42,222 nt of DNA, taken from positions 1-42,222 of IMG/VR virus record IMGVR_UViG_3300037474_000120; one strand, given 5' to 3'. The first letter of the stretch is position 1, and every line of letters begins with the position of its first letter. Position numbers and translations under genes: made by a program. The notes under the pieces are model-generated. The model did not search any database. It saw only the letters and a program-made list of their open reading frames with translations, and was not told where the DNA came from. This DNA is from a virus. Lineage: Duplodnaviria; Caudoviricetes. Of the stretch, positions 7,975 through 15,049 are shown piece by piece.

Positions 7975-8409
7975 TCACTTCAGTGGAACACCACGTCCAG
8001 CCGTGCCAACGCGCTTGTGTCTCGGCTGAGTGATCCTCAAGAAGTCACGCCACGGTATCAGTGACTCTGGTCTAGCCGACCACCATATCTTTACATGGAT
8101 CCCATGTGACTCGAACGCCGTGAACAGCGACACCTGAGACGGCCTCAGCCTATCCTTCGCACCCTTCACCTCGACGAGTAGCAGCTCACCTCCTCTAGTC
8201 AGGAAAAAGTCTGGCCATCCAGAGCGGTGCACTTCCCAACCGAGATCGGTGGCCAGTGCCCTGAACTTGTTCTCGGCGAGGCTCACGAGCGGAGCGTCAT
8301 GGTTACCGGGATTGAGACGAGGGCGCTTGGCCCTCTCCCGCCCCGACTGAATTGCTGCGTCGATCTGCTCCAGCATCGGCTTGGATGCTGGATGCCTGTT
8401 TCGCTTCAC
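7975..8409 (-). CDS. VRR-NUC domain (PD-(D/E)xK) nuclease
   Basis: GWPDF...LLVEVKGAKDRLRPSQ motif. Confidence 0.8.
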   Translation of the reverse strand: MKRNRHPASKPMLEQIDAAIQSGRERAKRPRLNPGNHDAPLVSLAENKFRALATDLGWEVHRSGWPDFFLTRGGELLLVEVKGAKDRLRPSQVSLFTAFESHGIHVKIWWSARPESLIPWRDFLRITQPRHKRVGTAGRGVPLK

Positions 8410-8638
8410 GTCTGCGCCTCCTGTTCTGACGAGCGATCGCGTTCCTCGACTGCCTCAGGCTCCAGTGCCGGCAGCGTTCGCCGCAGAACTGGCCAGGCCT
8501 GCCCGTGAGTATGACCTGCTTGAAGGGTCCACCGCACACCTTGCAGCTGCGCACGATGAGGTGGCCGAGCTCGGGGTGAGCCTTGGCCTCGGCGTAGCGC
8601 TTGCGCAACGTCTCACGTCTCTTCGGTGGCACGGCCAT
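8303..8638 (-). CDS. Zinc-finger protein
   Basis: CKVCGGPF...GRPGQFCGERCR; basic. Confidence 0.6.
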   Translation of the reverse strand: MAVPPKRRETLRKRYAEAKAHPELGHLIVRSCKVCGGPFKQVILTGRPGQFCGERCRHWSLRQSRNAIARQNRRRRREAKQASSIQADAGADRRSNSVGAGEGQAPSSQSR

Positions 8639-8972
8639 GCATCCTCACGAGGGCTTCGAAGGAAAGCGCTGAGCGGCTGCCGATGCTCCACTCGCTCGAC
8701 AGGCCGAGCTCCTTGGCCTTGGCAGTGCGCTCCGTCCTGAGCAGCACCTCCTTGCGGTGCGTGCACTGCAGCGAGCAGCAGAGCCGTGGGCGACCCCATC
8801 GCTGGTAGGTGAACTCCTTGGCGCAGTCGGGGTTGGCGCACACCGCCGTGGTCGGGATGCGCTCTCGCCGAAGCGCGGATGCTCGCACACCACACTGCAC
8901 GCTGCAGCAGTCATGTCGGTTGCGCTGCGTAGCCAGCGCCTTACCGCACCCAGGGTTGGCACAGCGCCTCAC
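8613..8972 (-). CDS. Double zinc-finger protein
   Basis: Two CANPxC...CCSxxC repeats; GTG start overlaps the upstream stop (GTGA). Confidence 0.65.
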   Translation of the reverse strand: MRRCANPGCGKALATQRNRHDCCSVQCGVRASALRRERIPTTAVCANPDCAKEFTYQRWGRPRLCCSLQCTHRKEVLLRTERTAKAKELGLSSEWSIGSRSALSFEALVRMHGRATEET

Positions 8973-9166
8973 GGGTCCACCTTGTCGCTTGGTCGAGGGC
9001 CTTCCTCGCCCGTGGGCGCGTGGCTCATGCACCACCAGATGAAGTGACTCCAGCCTGCAGCCGGGTCGATCTCGGTCAGACCATGCTGGTTGCACTTGGC
9101 CACCGGCAGACTCGGGCTCTTACGCATCAGCGTGCACCCGCACTTGTGCCTCGCCACGAAGCTCAT
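8969..9166 (-). CDS. Small Cys/His-rich hypothetical protein
   Basis: ATGA coupling with the upstream gene, GGAG RBS; HKCGC, CNQH and CMSH motifs. Confidence 0.6.
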   Translation of the reverse strand: MSFVARHKCGCTLMRKSPSLPVAKCNQHGLTEIDPAAGWSHFIWWCMSHAPTGEEGPRPSDKVDP

Positions 9167-9786
9167 TCGCTCTCCTTTGGACTCCAGCCGCTCTCCCTGA
9201 GCAGCGCGTAAACCTGATCGGCAGCTTCGACGAGAGCTTTAGCGATTGGCTCGGGTGGCGCCGAAAGCATGTGCACCAGCTGCGCATGGTTCAGTCCGTT
9301 GCGCTCATGCCAAGCATCCCCGCTCGGTTCCGCCTCGGGCTGACGGTGGTGCGCACCGGTCCCGTAGTCGGCTGGGAACCGCCGCTCCTTGAGTCGGCCC
9401 ACCCACTCGAGTTCCTTCACGTCCACCCCACTCTTGTCCGAGTGGCCGCATTCGCTGCAGGTGTAGGCCCACCCCCCAGCCACGATGGCCTGGTGCAACT
9501 GGACCAGCCGCTTGGCCTCTGCGCTAGAGCCGGCCTCCTCGATGCCCCTCTCGGCCATCAGGTAGTCCCGAGCGAATGACCCCCAGGGCTCCTCATCCGG
9601 GTTCGCTCGGCCCCTCTCCAACCAGTCGTGCAGGTTCTGGTGGGCATACCCCGCTCGGGCAGCAACACCCCTTCGGGACATGCCCGTCGAAGCCAAGGCA
9701 ATAAGCCTTGTTCGCACCTCAGGGTTGTCGAGATGACTAGGCTTTCCCTTGCGCTTTCGCAGTGTCGGATAGGGTGATTGTGCCAT
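9163..9786 (-). CDS. HTH protein, terminase small subunit-like
   Basis: GKPSHL...G.SRRGVAARAG...NLHDWLERG...W..F...AE pattern resembling phage TerS N-terminal HTH proteins; inserted CSEC. Confidence 0.55.
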   Translation of the reverse strand: MAQSPYPTLRKRKGKPSHLDNPEVRTRLIALASTGMSRRGVAARAGYAHQNLHDWLERGRANPDEEPWGSFARDYLMAERGIEEAGSSAEAKRLVQLHQAIVAGGWAYTCSECGHSDKSGVDVKELEWVGRLKERRFPADYGTGAHHRQPEAEPSGDAWHERNGLNHAQLVHMLSAPPEPIAKALVEAADQVYALLRESGWSPKESE

Positions 9787-9795
9787 GGTGTCCGG

Positions 9796-10026
9796 TTAGG
9801 CCGTCCGGTTTGCGGCCTCTTGGTCAGTGGGCCCGTTTTCATCCTGTGGTTCTGACGAGTTAAGCACGACAGGCTCCCAGGTAAGTCCGTCGTAACTGAT
9901 GGCGGACGCCGAAGGGAAGAGTGCCCAGAGCGACTCCTGCTGCATACCGCTGTCCGGGACGCTGAACTCGTTGCGCCATGTCGTGCAGTCGAGGCGCCTG
10001 CCGACGAGTGTGACGCCCCTGCTCAT
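9796..10026 (-). CDS. Hypothetical protein
   Basis: ATGA overlap with the upstream gene, GGAGG RBS. Confidence 0.5.
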   Translation of the reverse strand: MSRGVTLVGRRLDCTTWRNEFSVPDSGMQQESLWALFPSASAISYDGLTWEPVVLNSSEPQDENGPTDQEAANRTA

Positions 10027-10463
10027 TGGGCCTCCCAACGGAGTTTGGCCTGCAGTGGGTGCTTATCCACACGCGGTCTTGTAGTGCACGACCAGGACCT
10101 TCCACGCACCTCCGCAACCACGCTCCAGCCCGCTGCGCGCAGGCTGGCACCAGGCTCGCTGGCGAGCGTGTACGTGACCAGTTTGCGGTACCCCATGGCG
10201 CGGCACGCGCGCCAGGCTGCTCCGTAGAGCAGGGAGCAGGCGTTGCGTGAGCCATCGCTGCAGAGGCGCGTCACCTCGGCAGTGAAACCGTCTTGCAACT
10301 CTCGCGCGACGGGGCGCCCAACGATAGCCACAGCCACGACTGACTCACCGTCGGTGGCACCGACCGCGAACAGCCCTCCAACAGGAGCAGGGTGATGACG
10401 GTGGTGCTGGTCAACGAATGAGCGCGCTTCACCGAGCGTCACAGGGCACAACTCGATAGTCAT
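10023..10463 (-). CDS. XF1762-family protein (GNAT-like, Mom-related by inference)
   Basis: HHRHH, VAIVGRPVAR, EVTRLC, NACSLLYGAAWR, TYTL..EPGASLRAAGW signature. Confidence 0.8.
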   Translation of the reverse strand: MTIELCPVTLGEARSFVDQHHRHHPAPVGGLFAVGATDGESVVAVAIVGRPVARELQDGFTAEVTRLCSDGSRNACSLLYGAAWRACRAMGYRKLVTYTLASEPGASLRAAGWSVVAEVRGRSWSCTTRPRVDKHPLQAKLRWEAQ

Positions 10464-10633
10464 GGAGTCGAGCCGTCTGCAGACGAGGGTTTCAGTTGCT
10501 TGCGGCATGCCCACCGCACCCAGTACTCCTGCACAGCCTCGCACAGCACCTGGTCTGGTGTGCGCTTGTCGGCTGCTGCCATGCGACGCACTCGCTCGGC
10601 GAGCTCGGGCGTGAGTCCGCCTCGCTCAGCCAC
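10460..10633 (-). CDS. 57-aa ribbon-helix-helix-like protein (absent from the ORF track)
   Basis: MAERGGLTPELAERVRRMAAADKRTPDQVLCEAVQEY...; fills the gap exactly, overlapping both neighbours. Confidence 0.6.
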   Translation of the reverse strand: MAERGGLTPELAERVRRMAAADKRTPDQVLCEAVQEYWVRWACRKQLKPSSADGSTP

Positions 10634-10949
10634 GGGTCAGCTCCTGCAGCTGGTTGACAGCATCCTGCGCCGAGGTGACAACCAGCCTGGGCCAGCCGTC
10701 GGTCTGCGCGTACCAGGCGCGCTGCGCTGGCGTGAACTTGGACTCCGGCAGCGTTCCAGACTTGTTGGTCGCGGTCTTCACCTCGACTGTGACCCAGAAC
10801 TTTTGACCGAACGGTCTCTCGCGTCTAGCTGCCACCAGGATGTCCTCCAGACCCTTGCCGTGCGCGTGCAGGCTGATGGCGTGGAAACCCATGGCGCGGA
10901 TGGCGTCGAGCACAGCCGAGTGGTTCTGGTCGGTGCGGCGCGCTCTCAC
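10626..10949 (-). CDS. PD-(D/E)xK nuclease (VRR-NUC/resolvase-like)
   Basis: RRTDQNH...G.GLEDILV...VEVKT...FTPAQ..W pattern. Confidence 0.75.
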   Translation of the reverse strand: MRARRTDQNHSAVLDAIRAMGFHAISLHAHGKGLEDILVAARRERPFGQKFWVTVEVKTATNKSGTLPESKFTPAQRAWYAQTDGWPRLVVTSAQDAVNQLQELTRG

Positions 10950-10978
10950 TTCAGCCCCCGGCGCGCGAGTTCGGCGCG
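10937..10978. repeat. 42-bp direct repeat A, copy 1
   Basis: 40/42 identical to 13680-13721; spans a gene end and the next gene start. Confidence 0.9.
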
Positions 10979-11800
10979 AGCGAAGTTGACCAGCCACATC
11001 TCACGGCTGAACTCGCACTTTCGCAGCCATTCCTCATCGAGTTGCGCGTTAGCATCCAGCACCCGCTGCTCTGCCCGGCGCCTGTCATCTGCAGCGAACC
11101 AGTCCTCGCGAGTGAGCATGGGGCGTTCGGTGCGGGTCAGCGCCGCGGGCGGCGCCGTTACACCGCTACCGCCACAGGATGGACAGGGCTCTGATACGCG
11201 TTCATTGTGGTATACGGGTGCCATCCACGATCCGTTGCCGCCGCAGGAAGCACACTTTTTGGCCCCATCGATCAGACACCAGGCGCATTCCCCAGCAGCG
11301 GGCTGCTGGTGGCCGCAGTCGGGTCGCACTGCTCCTGGGTCACTCCCCCAGGTGTGCGCTGCGGGCTTCCCGTCGAGGTGGGCCTCGATGCGCTCCAGCA
11401 ACGTGTCGCTGACGCACCCAGTCACCTCCCTCAGCAGCGCGTTCGCGGCGGCGAGGTCTGTCTCTGCTGTCAAAGCGCGTGCCTCCGACTCAGATGCAGA
11501 CTTCCGAGCAGTCTCAGCGCACACGCTCAGCTGCTCCACATCCGCGCGCAGGGCGGCGGCCTCGGATTCGGCGCGGTCGAGACGCTCAACAATTGCTTGC
11601 TGATGCTCCAATGCGGCGGCTACTCGCTGGTGACCGCGCATCTCGGCAGCCGCGCTGACGCGAGCAGCGTCTCTATCGGACTCCGCCGCCTCGGCACGGG
11701 CGGTCAGCGCGTCGATGATGCGGATGGCTTTGGGTCCTGACGCCTGGCACGTTCCGCGCCTGACGGCTTCGCGCTCGTCCGCGGTCAGGGTCTCGGTCAT
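10946..11800 (-). CDS. Coiled-coil protein with CxxCxGxG zinc finger; paralog of 13689..14201
   Basis: CASCGGNG and CPSCGGSG; shares MTETLT, KA.RIIDA, AHL.G.PAA, TRTE and RAELARRGLK with its paralog. Confidence 0.8.
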   Translation of the reverse strand: MTETLTADEREAVRRGTCQASGPKAIRIIDALTARAEAAESDRDAARVSAAAEMRGHQRVAAALEHQQAIVERLDRAESEAAALRADVEQLSVCAETARKSASESEARALTAETDLAAANALLREVTGCVSDTLLERIEAHLDGKPAAHTWGSDPGAVRPDCGHQQPAAGECAWCLIDGAKKCASCGGNGSWMAPVYHNERVSEPCPSCGGSGVTAPPAALTRTERPMLTREDWFAADDRRRAEQRVLDANAQLDEEWLRKCEFSREMWLVNFARAELARRGLK

Positions 11801-11812
11801 ACACCACCCTCC
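11782..11812. repeat. Direct repeat B, copy 1 (RBS plus gene start)
   Basis: cggtcagggtctcggtcata identical at 14141-14160; both are followed by ccaccctcc. Confidence 0.9.
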
Positions 11813-12006
11813 AACAGTCCCGCCGCCATCAGCAGGTAGAATCCCTCGACCACGTGGTCCGTCGCCTGCTGTGATAGAGCAATGCAGTCACTCGGCGAAA
11901 GGCAGGAGCGCAGCGTCGGCTCCTCGTTCTCCTGGTACGGAGACACCATCGGCTCCGTGGCGTCGTCATCCTCCTGGTACTGGCAGAGCTGCAGTTCGAG
12001 CTTCAC
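11797..12006 (-). CDS. Acidic hypothetical protein
   Basis: GTGA and ATGA coupling at the two ends. Confidence 0.6.
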   Translation of the reverse strand: MKLELQLCQYQEDDDATEPMVSPYQENEEPTLRSCLSPSDCIALSQQATDHVVEGFYLLMAAGLLEGGV

Positions 12007-12311
12007 TTGCCCAGCTCCCATACACTGCTGACCGGCGCGGGCGGCAGAACACGCACGCCGCACACCTTGACCTGACGCTTGTCCTCGCTGCGCACCAGCG
12101 GGAACGGCTTGCCATCGACACGAGCACGCACATGGCGCACGAACGCAACGTGGTCGCACGGGGTCGGTGTACCCTGCACTTGCATGATGCCAGGACCGTA
12201 GGCGTACACCGCGCCGCTCGGCGCCACGTACACGTCGTATCTGTTGCGGTAGTGCTGACCCGCACTCTCGACCGGAACCACCATGTAACTCGTCCTCTCG
12301 CTGTTGATCAT
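12003..12311 (-). CDS. Hypothetical protein
   Basis: 102-aa ORF coupled to both neighbours. Confidence 0.65.
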   Translation of the reverse strand: MINSERTSYMVVPVESAGQHYRNRYDVYVAPSGAVYAYGPGIMQVQGTPTPCDHVAFVRHVRARVDGKPFPLVRSEDKRQVKVCGVRVLPPAPVSSVWELGK

Positions 12312-12541
12312 GACTCACCCCCAAACTCCTGCAACCCACGCTCAGTCACTCGATACCGAGCCATGCCCTGCTTGCCGGACTTCGACGCCTCGTACGACTC
12401 CAGCGTCAGCATCCCGTGGTCCTGGTGCAGGCAGAGGGCCAGCGAAGCGAACTTGCTCTTCTGGCCCACGTACCGCACCCCGCCACCGCGGATCACCTGG
12501 CGCATGAAGCTGCGCGCCGACTCTGTCCACTTGCCTTGCAT
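12308..12541 (-). CDS. Hypothetical protein, possibly winged helix
   Basis: C-terminal G.L......Y.VTERG pattern. Start 12541 follows the repeated promoter element; an alternative coupled start is at about 12592. Confidence 0.6.
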   Translation of the reverse strand: MQGKWTESARSFMRQVIRGGGVRYVGQKSKFASLALCLHQDHGMLTLESYEASKSGKQGMARYRVTERGLQEFGGES

Positions 12542-12549
12542 GACCTGAG

Positions 12550-12577
12550 TGAACGGCGGCGGCGCGTCAGCCTTGAG
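12550..12577 (-). promoter_or_regulatory. Repeated promoter-like element, copy 4
   Basis: Minus strand CTCAAG-N14-GCCGTTCA-N8-ATG. Confidence 0.65.
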
Positions 12578-12588
12578 CGGAAACCGCA

Positions 12589-13038
12589 TCATCGGTGTCG
12601 ATCCCTGTGGCACCCGGAACAGAGCCACTCGACGTCCAGCGGAATAGAGTAGTCACGGTGGTGCGCCTGCACCTTAGTGTTGCCGCATGCGCACGCAGAC
12701 CTAACCAGACGCCCATCGCGCAAGGCGTTGCCGACAGCCACCCTGGCTGCCCGCTTCTCCGGGTACAGCAATGCCTGCTTTGCGCTCGCTCTTCTATGTG
12801 ACCTCTTGCCTGCGTCGGTCCTGGCATACGACTTGGCAGCTTCCACCCTGTGCGGGAGTCTGGCCCTGGCAGCGTCGTACGCCCTGTGAGCCTCGATATT
12901 GTTGAGCCTGTGTAAGCGAACGTCGCTCCTAGTGCACTCCTTGCACTTACCCAGAAGGCCATCCGCCATCTTTGGGTGCGAGTAGAACGCAGACCTAGAG
13001 AGTATGCGTCCGCACTTGAAACAAGTCTTATCAGACAT
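12589..13038 (-). CDS. HNH-like endonuclease
   Basis: KTCFKC...F...DG...CKEC N-terminal finger; AHHRDYS.PLDVEWLCSGCH C-terminus. Confidence 0.78.
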   Translation of the reverse strand: MSDKTCFKCGRILSRSAFYSHPKMADGLLGKCKECTRSDVRLHRLNNIEAHRAYDAARARLPHRVEAAKSYARTDAGKRSHRRASAKQALLYPEKRAARVAVGNALRDGRLVRSACACGNTKVQAHHRDYSIPLDVEWLCSGCHRDRHR

Positions 13039-13463
13039 CAGAAAGGTATGTCTGAGTCGTCCGGCGGGAAGTCTGCAGGCTCACTCTTCTTCGGAGAACC
13101 ATTCCGCTCGGGACGCTGGCCGTCGCCCTTGCCGCCGCCGATGAGCACAACGTTGGTGGCCACCACCTCGGTCCTGTACTGCTTCACGCCATCCTTGTCG
13201 TACGACGACGTGGCCATGCGACCCTCCACCAGTAGTGGTTCACCCTTGCGCAGCATCCGCGACAGACCCTCGCCACGCTTGCCCCAGATGACCACGTTCA
13301 CCCACTCGGTGCGCTCCTGCTTCTGGTTGTTCGAGTCCAGGTACTTCTCGGTGCATGCCAGCCTGAGCTTCAACACGCTCGTGCCGCCGCTCGTCACGCG
13401 CAGCTCCGGGTCCGCACCCAGGTTGCCAACTAAGATGACTCGATTCATTCCCTCAGACATCAA
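13038..13463 (-). CDS. ssb: Single-stranded DNA-binding protein
   Basis: NRVILVGNLGADPELR, ERTEW, VEGR and acidic tail DDSDIPF. Confidence 0.97.
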   Translation of the reverse strand: MMSEGMNRVILVGNLGADPELRVTSGGTSVLKLRLACTEKYLDSNNQKQERTEWVNVVIWGKRGEGLSRMLRKGEPLLVEGRMATSSYDKDGVKQYRTEVVATNVVLIGGGKGDGQRPERNGSPKKSEPADFPPDDSDIPF

Positions 13464-13692
13464 TCTCTCGCTTTCCTGACGCCGTCAGCGCCCACTCGCC
13501 CACATCCACGCGCTCCGGGGAGCGCATCCAGCCCTTGGCTTTGCACCGAAGCATGAGCGATCGCGCGCTCACTCTGGTGATGCCGAGTTCACGGCCGACA
13601 TCCGTTGCACTCGGAGCGTGGCCAAGCTCGGCCCACAGCCGAGCCACGACCACCATACATTGCCGCTGTTCTGCGGTAGGGCGCGCTCTCAC
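13453..13692 (-). CDS. LexA-type DNA-binding HTH protein (no peptidase domain)
   Basis: T..Q...GHAPSATDVGRELGIT...L...KGW resembles the LexA N-terminal winged helix. Confidence 0.7.
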   Translation of the reverse strand: MRARPTAEQRQCMVVVARLWAELGHAPSATDVGRELGITRVSARSLMLRCKAKGWMRSPERVDVGEWALTASGKREIDV

Positions 13693-13721
13693 TTCAGCCC
13701 TCGGCGCGCTAGTTCGGCGCG
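13680..13721. repeat. 42-bp direct repeat A, copy 2
   Basis: 40/42 identical to 10937-10978. Confidence 0.9.
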
Positions 13722-14201
13722 CATCTCGCGGACCGAAAGCACGAACGGAGTTCCGTCACGTGCATCATGCAGCGTAACGAGCTCCGTCTCGATGATTCGC
13801 TCGGCCTCGGTGCGGGTCGGCGCCGCGGGCTGGCCGGCGAGGTGGGCGTCAATGGCGCGGCGAAACTCAGGTGAGTTACAGACGACGCGCCCCAGCAGTG
13901 CGTCCGCGGCGGCGAGCCTTGCTCTGTCGCCGCGCCCGTGAGCGTTCTGCGCCTGCGTTAGTTTCTGCTCTGCCGCCTCGGCACGGTCTCGCGCTTCTTC
14001 CCGCTCGCGCTTCAGCTGCACCGCCTGCTCGACCAGCGCCTCGCGATCGGCCTGGTGCGCGTCGATGATGCGGAGGGCTTTGCTGACCACGTGTCCTGGC
14101 AGACCGGACGCAATCATCTCCAGGTCGTACCGGTCGTATTCGGTCAGGGTCTCGGTCATAGCGCCACCCTCCGCCTTGTAGGCCTCTCGAATGTCACTCA
14201 T
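13689..14201 (-). CDS. Coiled-coil protein; paralog of 10946..11800
   Basis: Shared N- and C-terminal motifs. Two in-frame starts: 14201 (leaderless) and 14159 (RBS GGAGGG). Confidence 0.8.
   Translation of the reverse strand: MSDIREAYKAEGGAMTETLTEYDRYDLEMIASGLPGHVVSKALRIIDAHQADREALVEQAVQLKREREEARDRAEAAEQKLTQAQNAHGRGDRARLAAADALLGRVVCNSPEFRRAIDAHLAGQPAAPTRTEAERIIETELVTLHDARDGTPFVLSVREMRAELARRGLK
14141..14172. repeat. Direct repeat B, copy 2
   Basis: 20 bp identical to 11782-11801, plus a shared RBS. Confidence 0.9.
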
Positions 14202-14207
14202 GACAAG

Positions 14208-14235
14208 ACACTAGCAGCATGCGAGCAGCATGCAA
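14208..14235 (-). promoter_or_regulatory. Leftward sigma70-like leaderless promoter
   Basis: TTGCAT-N16-TAGTGT-N6-ATG; shares CGCATGCTGCTAG with the promoter at 20430. Confidence 0.7.
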
Positions 14236-14338
14236 CCAGGTTTCGCATGCGACACATTGAGACACATTGCAGCGTGACACTAAGATACGTGGCGCTCTTG
14301 ACCATAGTGGAAGCGCGTGGAACAACGTGTATTAACAA

Positions 14339-14351
14339 TTCCACTGTGGAG
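14339..14351. promoter_or_regulatory. Palindromic site upstream of the replication initiator
   Basis: TTCCACTGTGGAG, with GTGGAA half-sites at 14307 and 14317; matches 14735-14747. Confidence 0.55.
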
Positions 14352-14362
14352 TTTCGTCGCAC

Positions 14363-15049
14363 ATGAGCATGAGGTTCACCAAACTATTCTCCAGCATCAC
14401 CGAGAGCACGGTGTGGCTGCTTCCGGATTCGACAAGACTCGTTTGGATTACGCTACTTGCGATGGCTGACCGCAATGGCTGCTGTTATGGCAGCGTTCCC
14501 GGTCTCGCACATAGGGCGAGGGTGTCTGTGGATGCGTGCCGAGAGGCGCTTAGGGTGTTTCACGAGCCCGACCCTGATAGTCGCACCAAGGACTTCGAAG
14601 GTCGAAGAATCGATACCATCGAAGGAGGATGGTTGCTGCTCAACCATTCGAAGTACCGAGCCATTCAGAGCGACGAGGCGCTGAGAGAATCGAAGCGCGC
14701 CTACATGCAGCGCTCCAGAAATGTGGAAGAGCAGTTCCACAGTGGAAAAAGCTCCTCTGTATCTGTATCTGGATCTGTAGAGGGGGACGGGGGGAGACCC
14801 GCTTCCAAGAAGCGGCCAGGTAAGTTCGTTCCTGACGAGTGGCAACCGACGGACAAGCATCGCTCCTTCGCCGAGTCGAACCGGTTGAACCTAAGCGTCG
14901 AGATCGAGAAGTTTCGCGATTGGGAATTCAAAGACGCGAAGTCCGATTGGAACCGCGCGTTCAGCAACTGGTTGCGCAGATGCGTCGAGCGTCGAGGGGC
15001 GTCGCCTGCGCATCCTGCGTTCCGTGAGGAGGACAAGGGCTTTGCGTGA
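14363..15049 (+). CDS. Phage replication initiator (N-terminal HTH, C-terminal DnaT-like domain)
   Basis: FTKLFSSI..STVW...WITLLAMAD..G...GLA.RA...PDPDSRT...EGRRI...GGW...KYR; low-complexity linker; PDEWQP...F.DW...DW..AF.NW; first gene of the replication arm. Confidence 0.8.
   Translation: MSMRFTKLFSSITESTVWLLPDSTRLVWITLLAMADRNGCCYGSVPGLAHRARVSVDACREALRVFHEPDPDSRTKDFEGRRIDTIEGGWLLLNHSKYRAIQSDEALRESKRAYMQRSRNVEEQFHSGKSSSVSVSGSVEGDGGRPASKKRPGKFVPDEWQPTDKHRSFAESNRLNLSVEIEKFRDWEFKDAKSDWNRAFSNWLRRCVERRGASPAHPAFREEDKGFA
14723..14780. other. Candidate replication origin inside the initiator gene
   Basis: GTGGAA, perfect palindrome TTCCACAGTGGAA (14735-14747), A-run and TCTGTA tandem repeats in the linker-coding region; lambda O-type origins occupy this position. 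Confidence 0.45.

Noticed and set aside
10063-10071. Perfect DnaA box TTATCCACA
   Set aside because: Single copy inside a coding region (codons for RVDK); no cluster or AT-rich unwinding element nearby.
11160-11260. DnaJ chaperone call from CxxCxGxG repeats
   Set aside because: Only two motif copies and no J-domain HPD; treated as a generic zinc-finger insert.
13453-13692. LexA/CI-type lysogeny repressor
   Set aside because: Only the DNA-binding domain is present, with no S24 peptidase or adjacent integrase, so it is not evidence of lysogeny.
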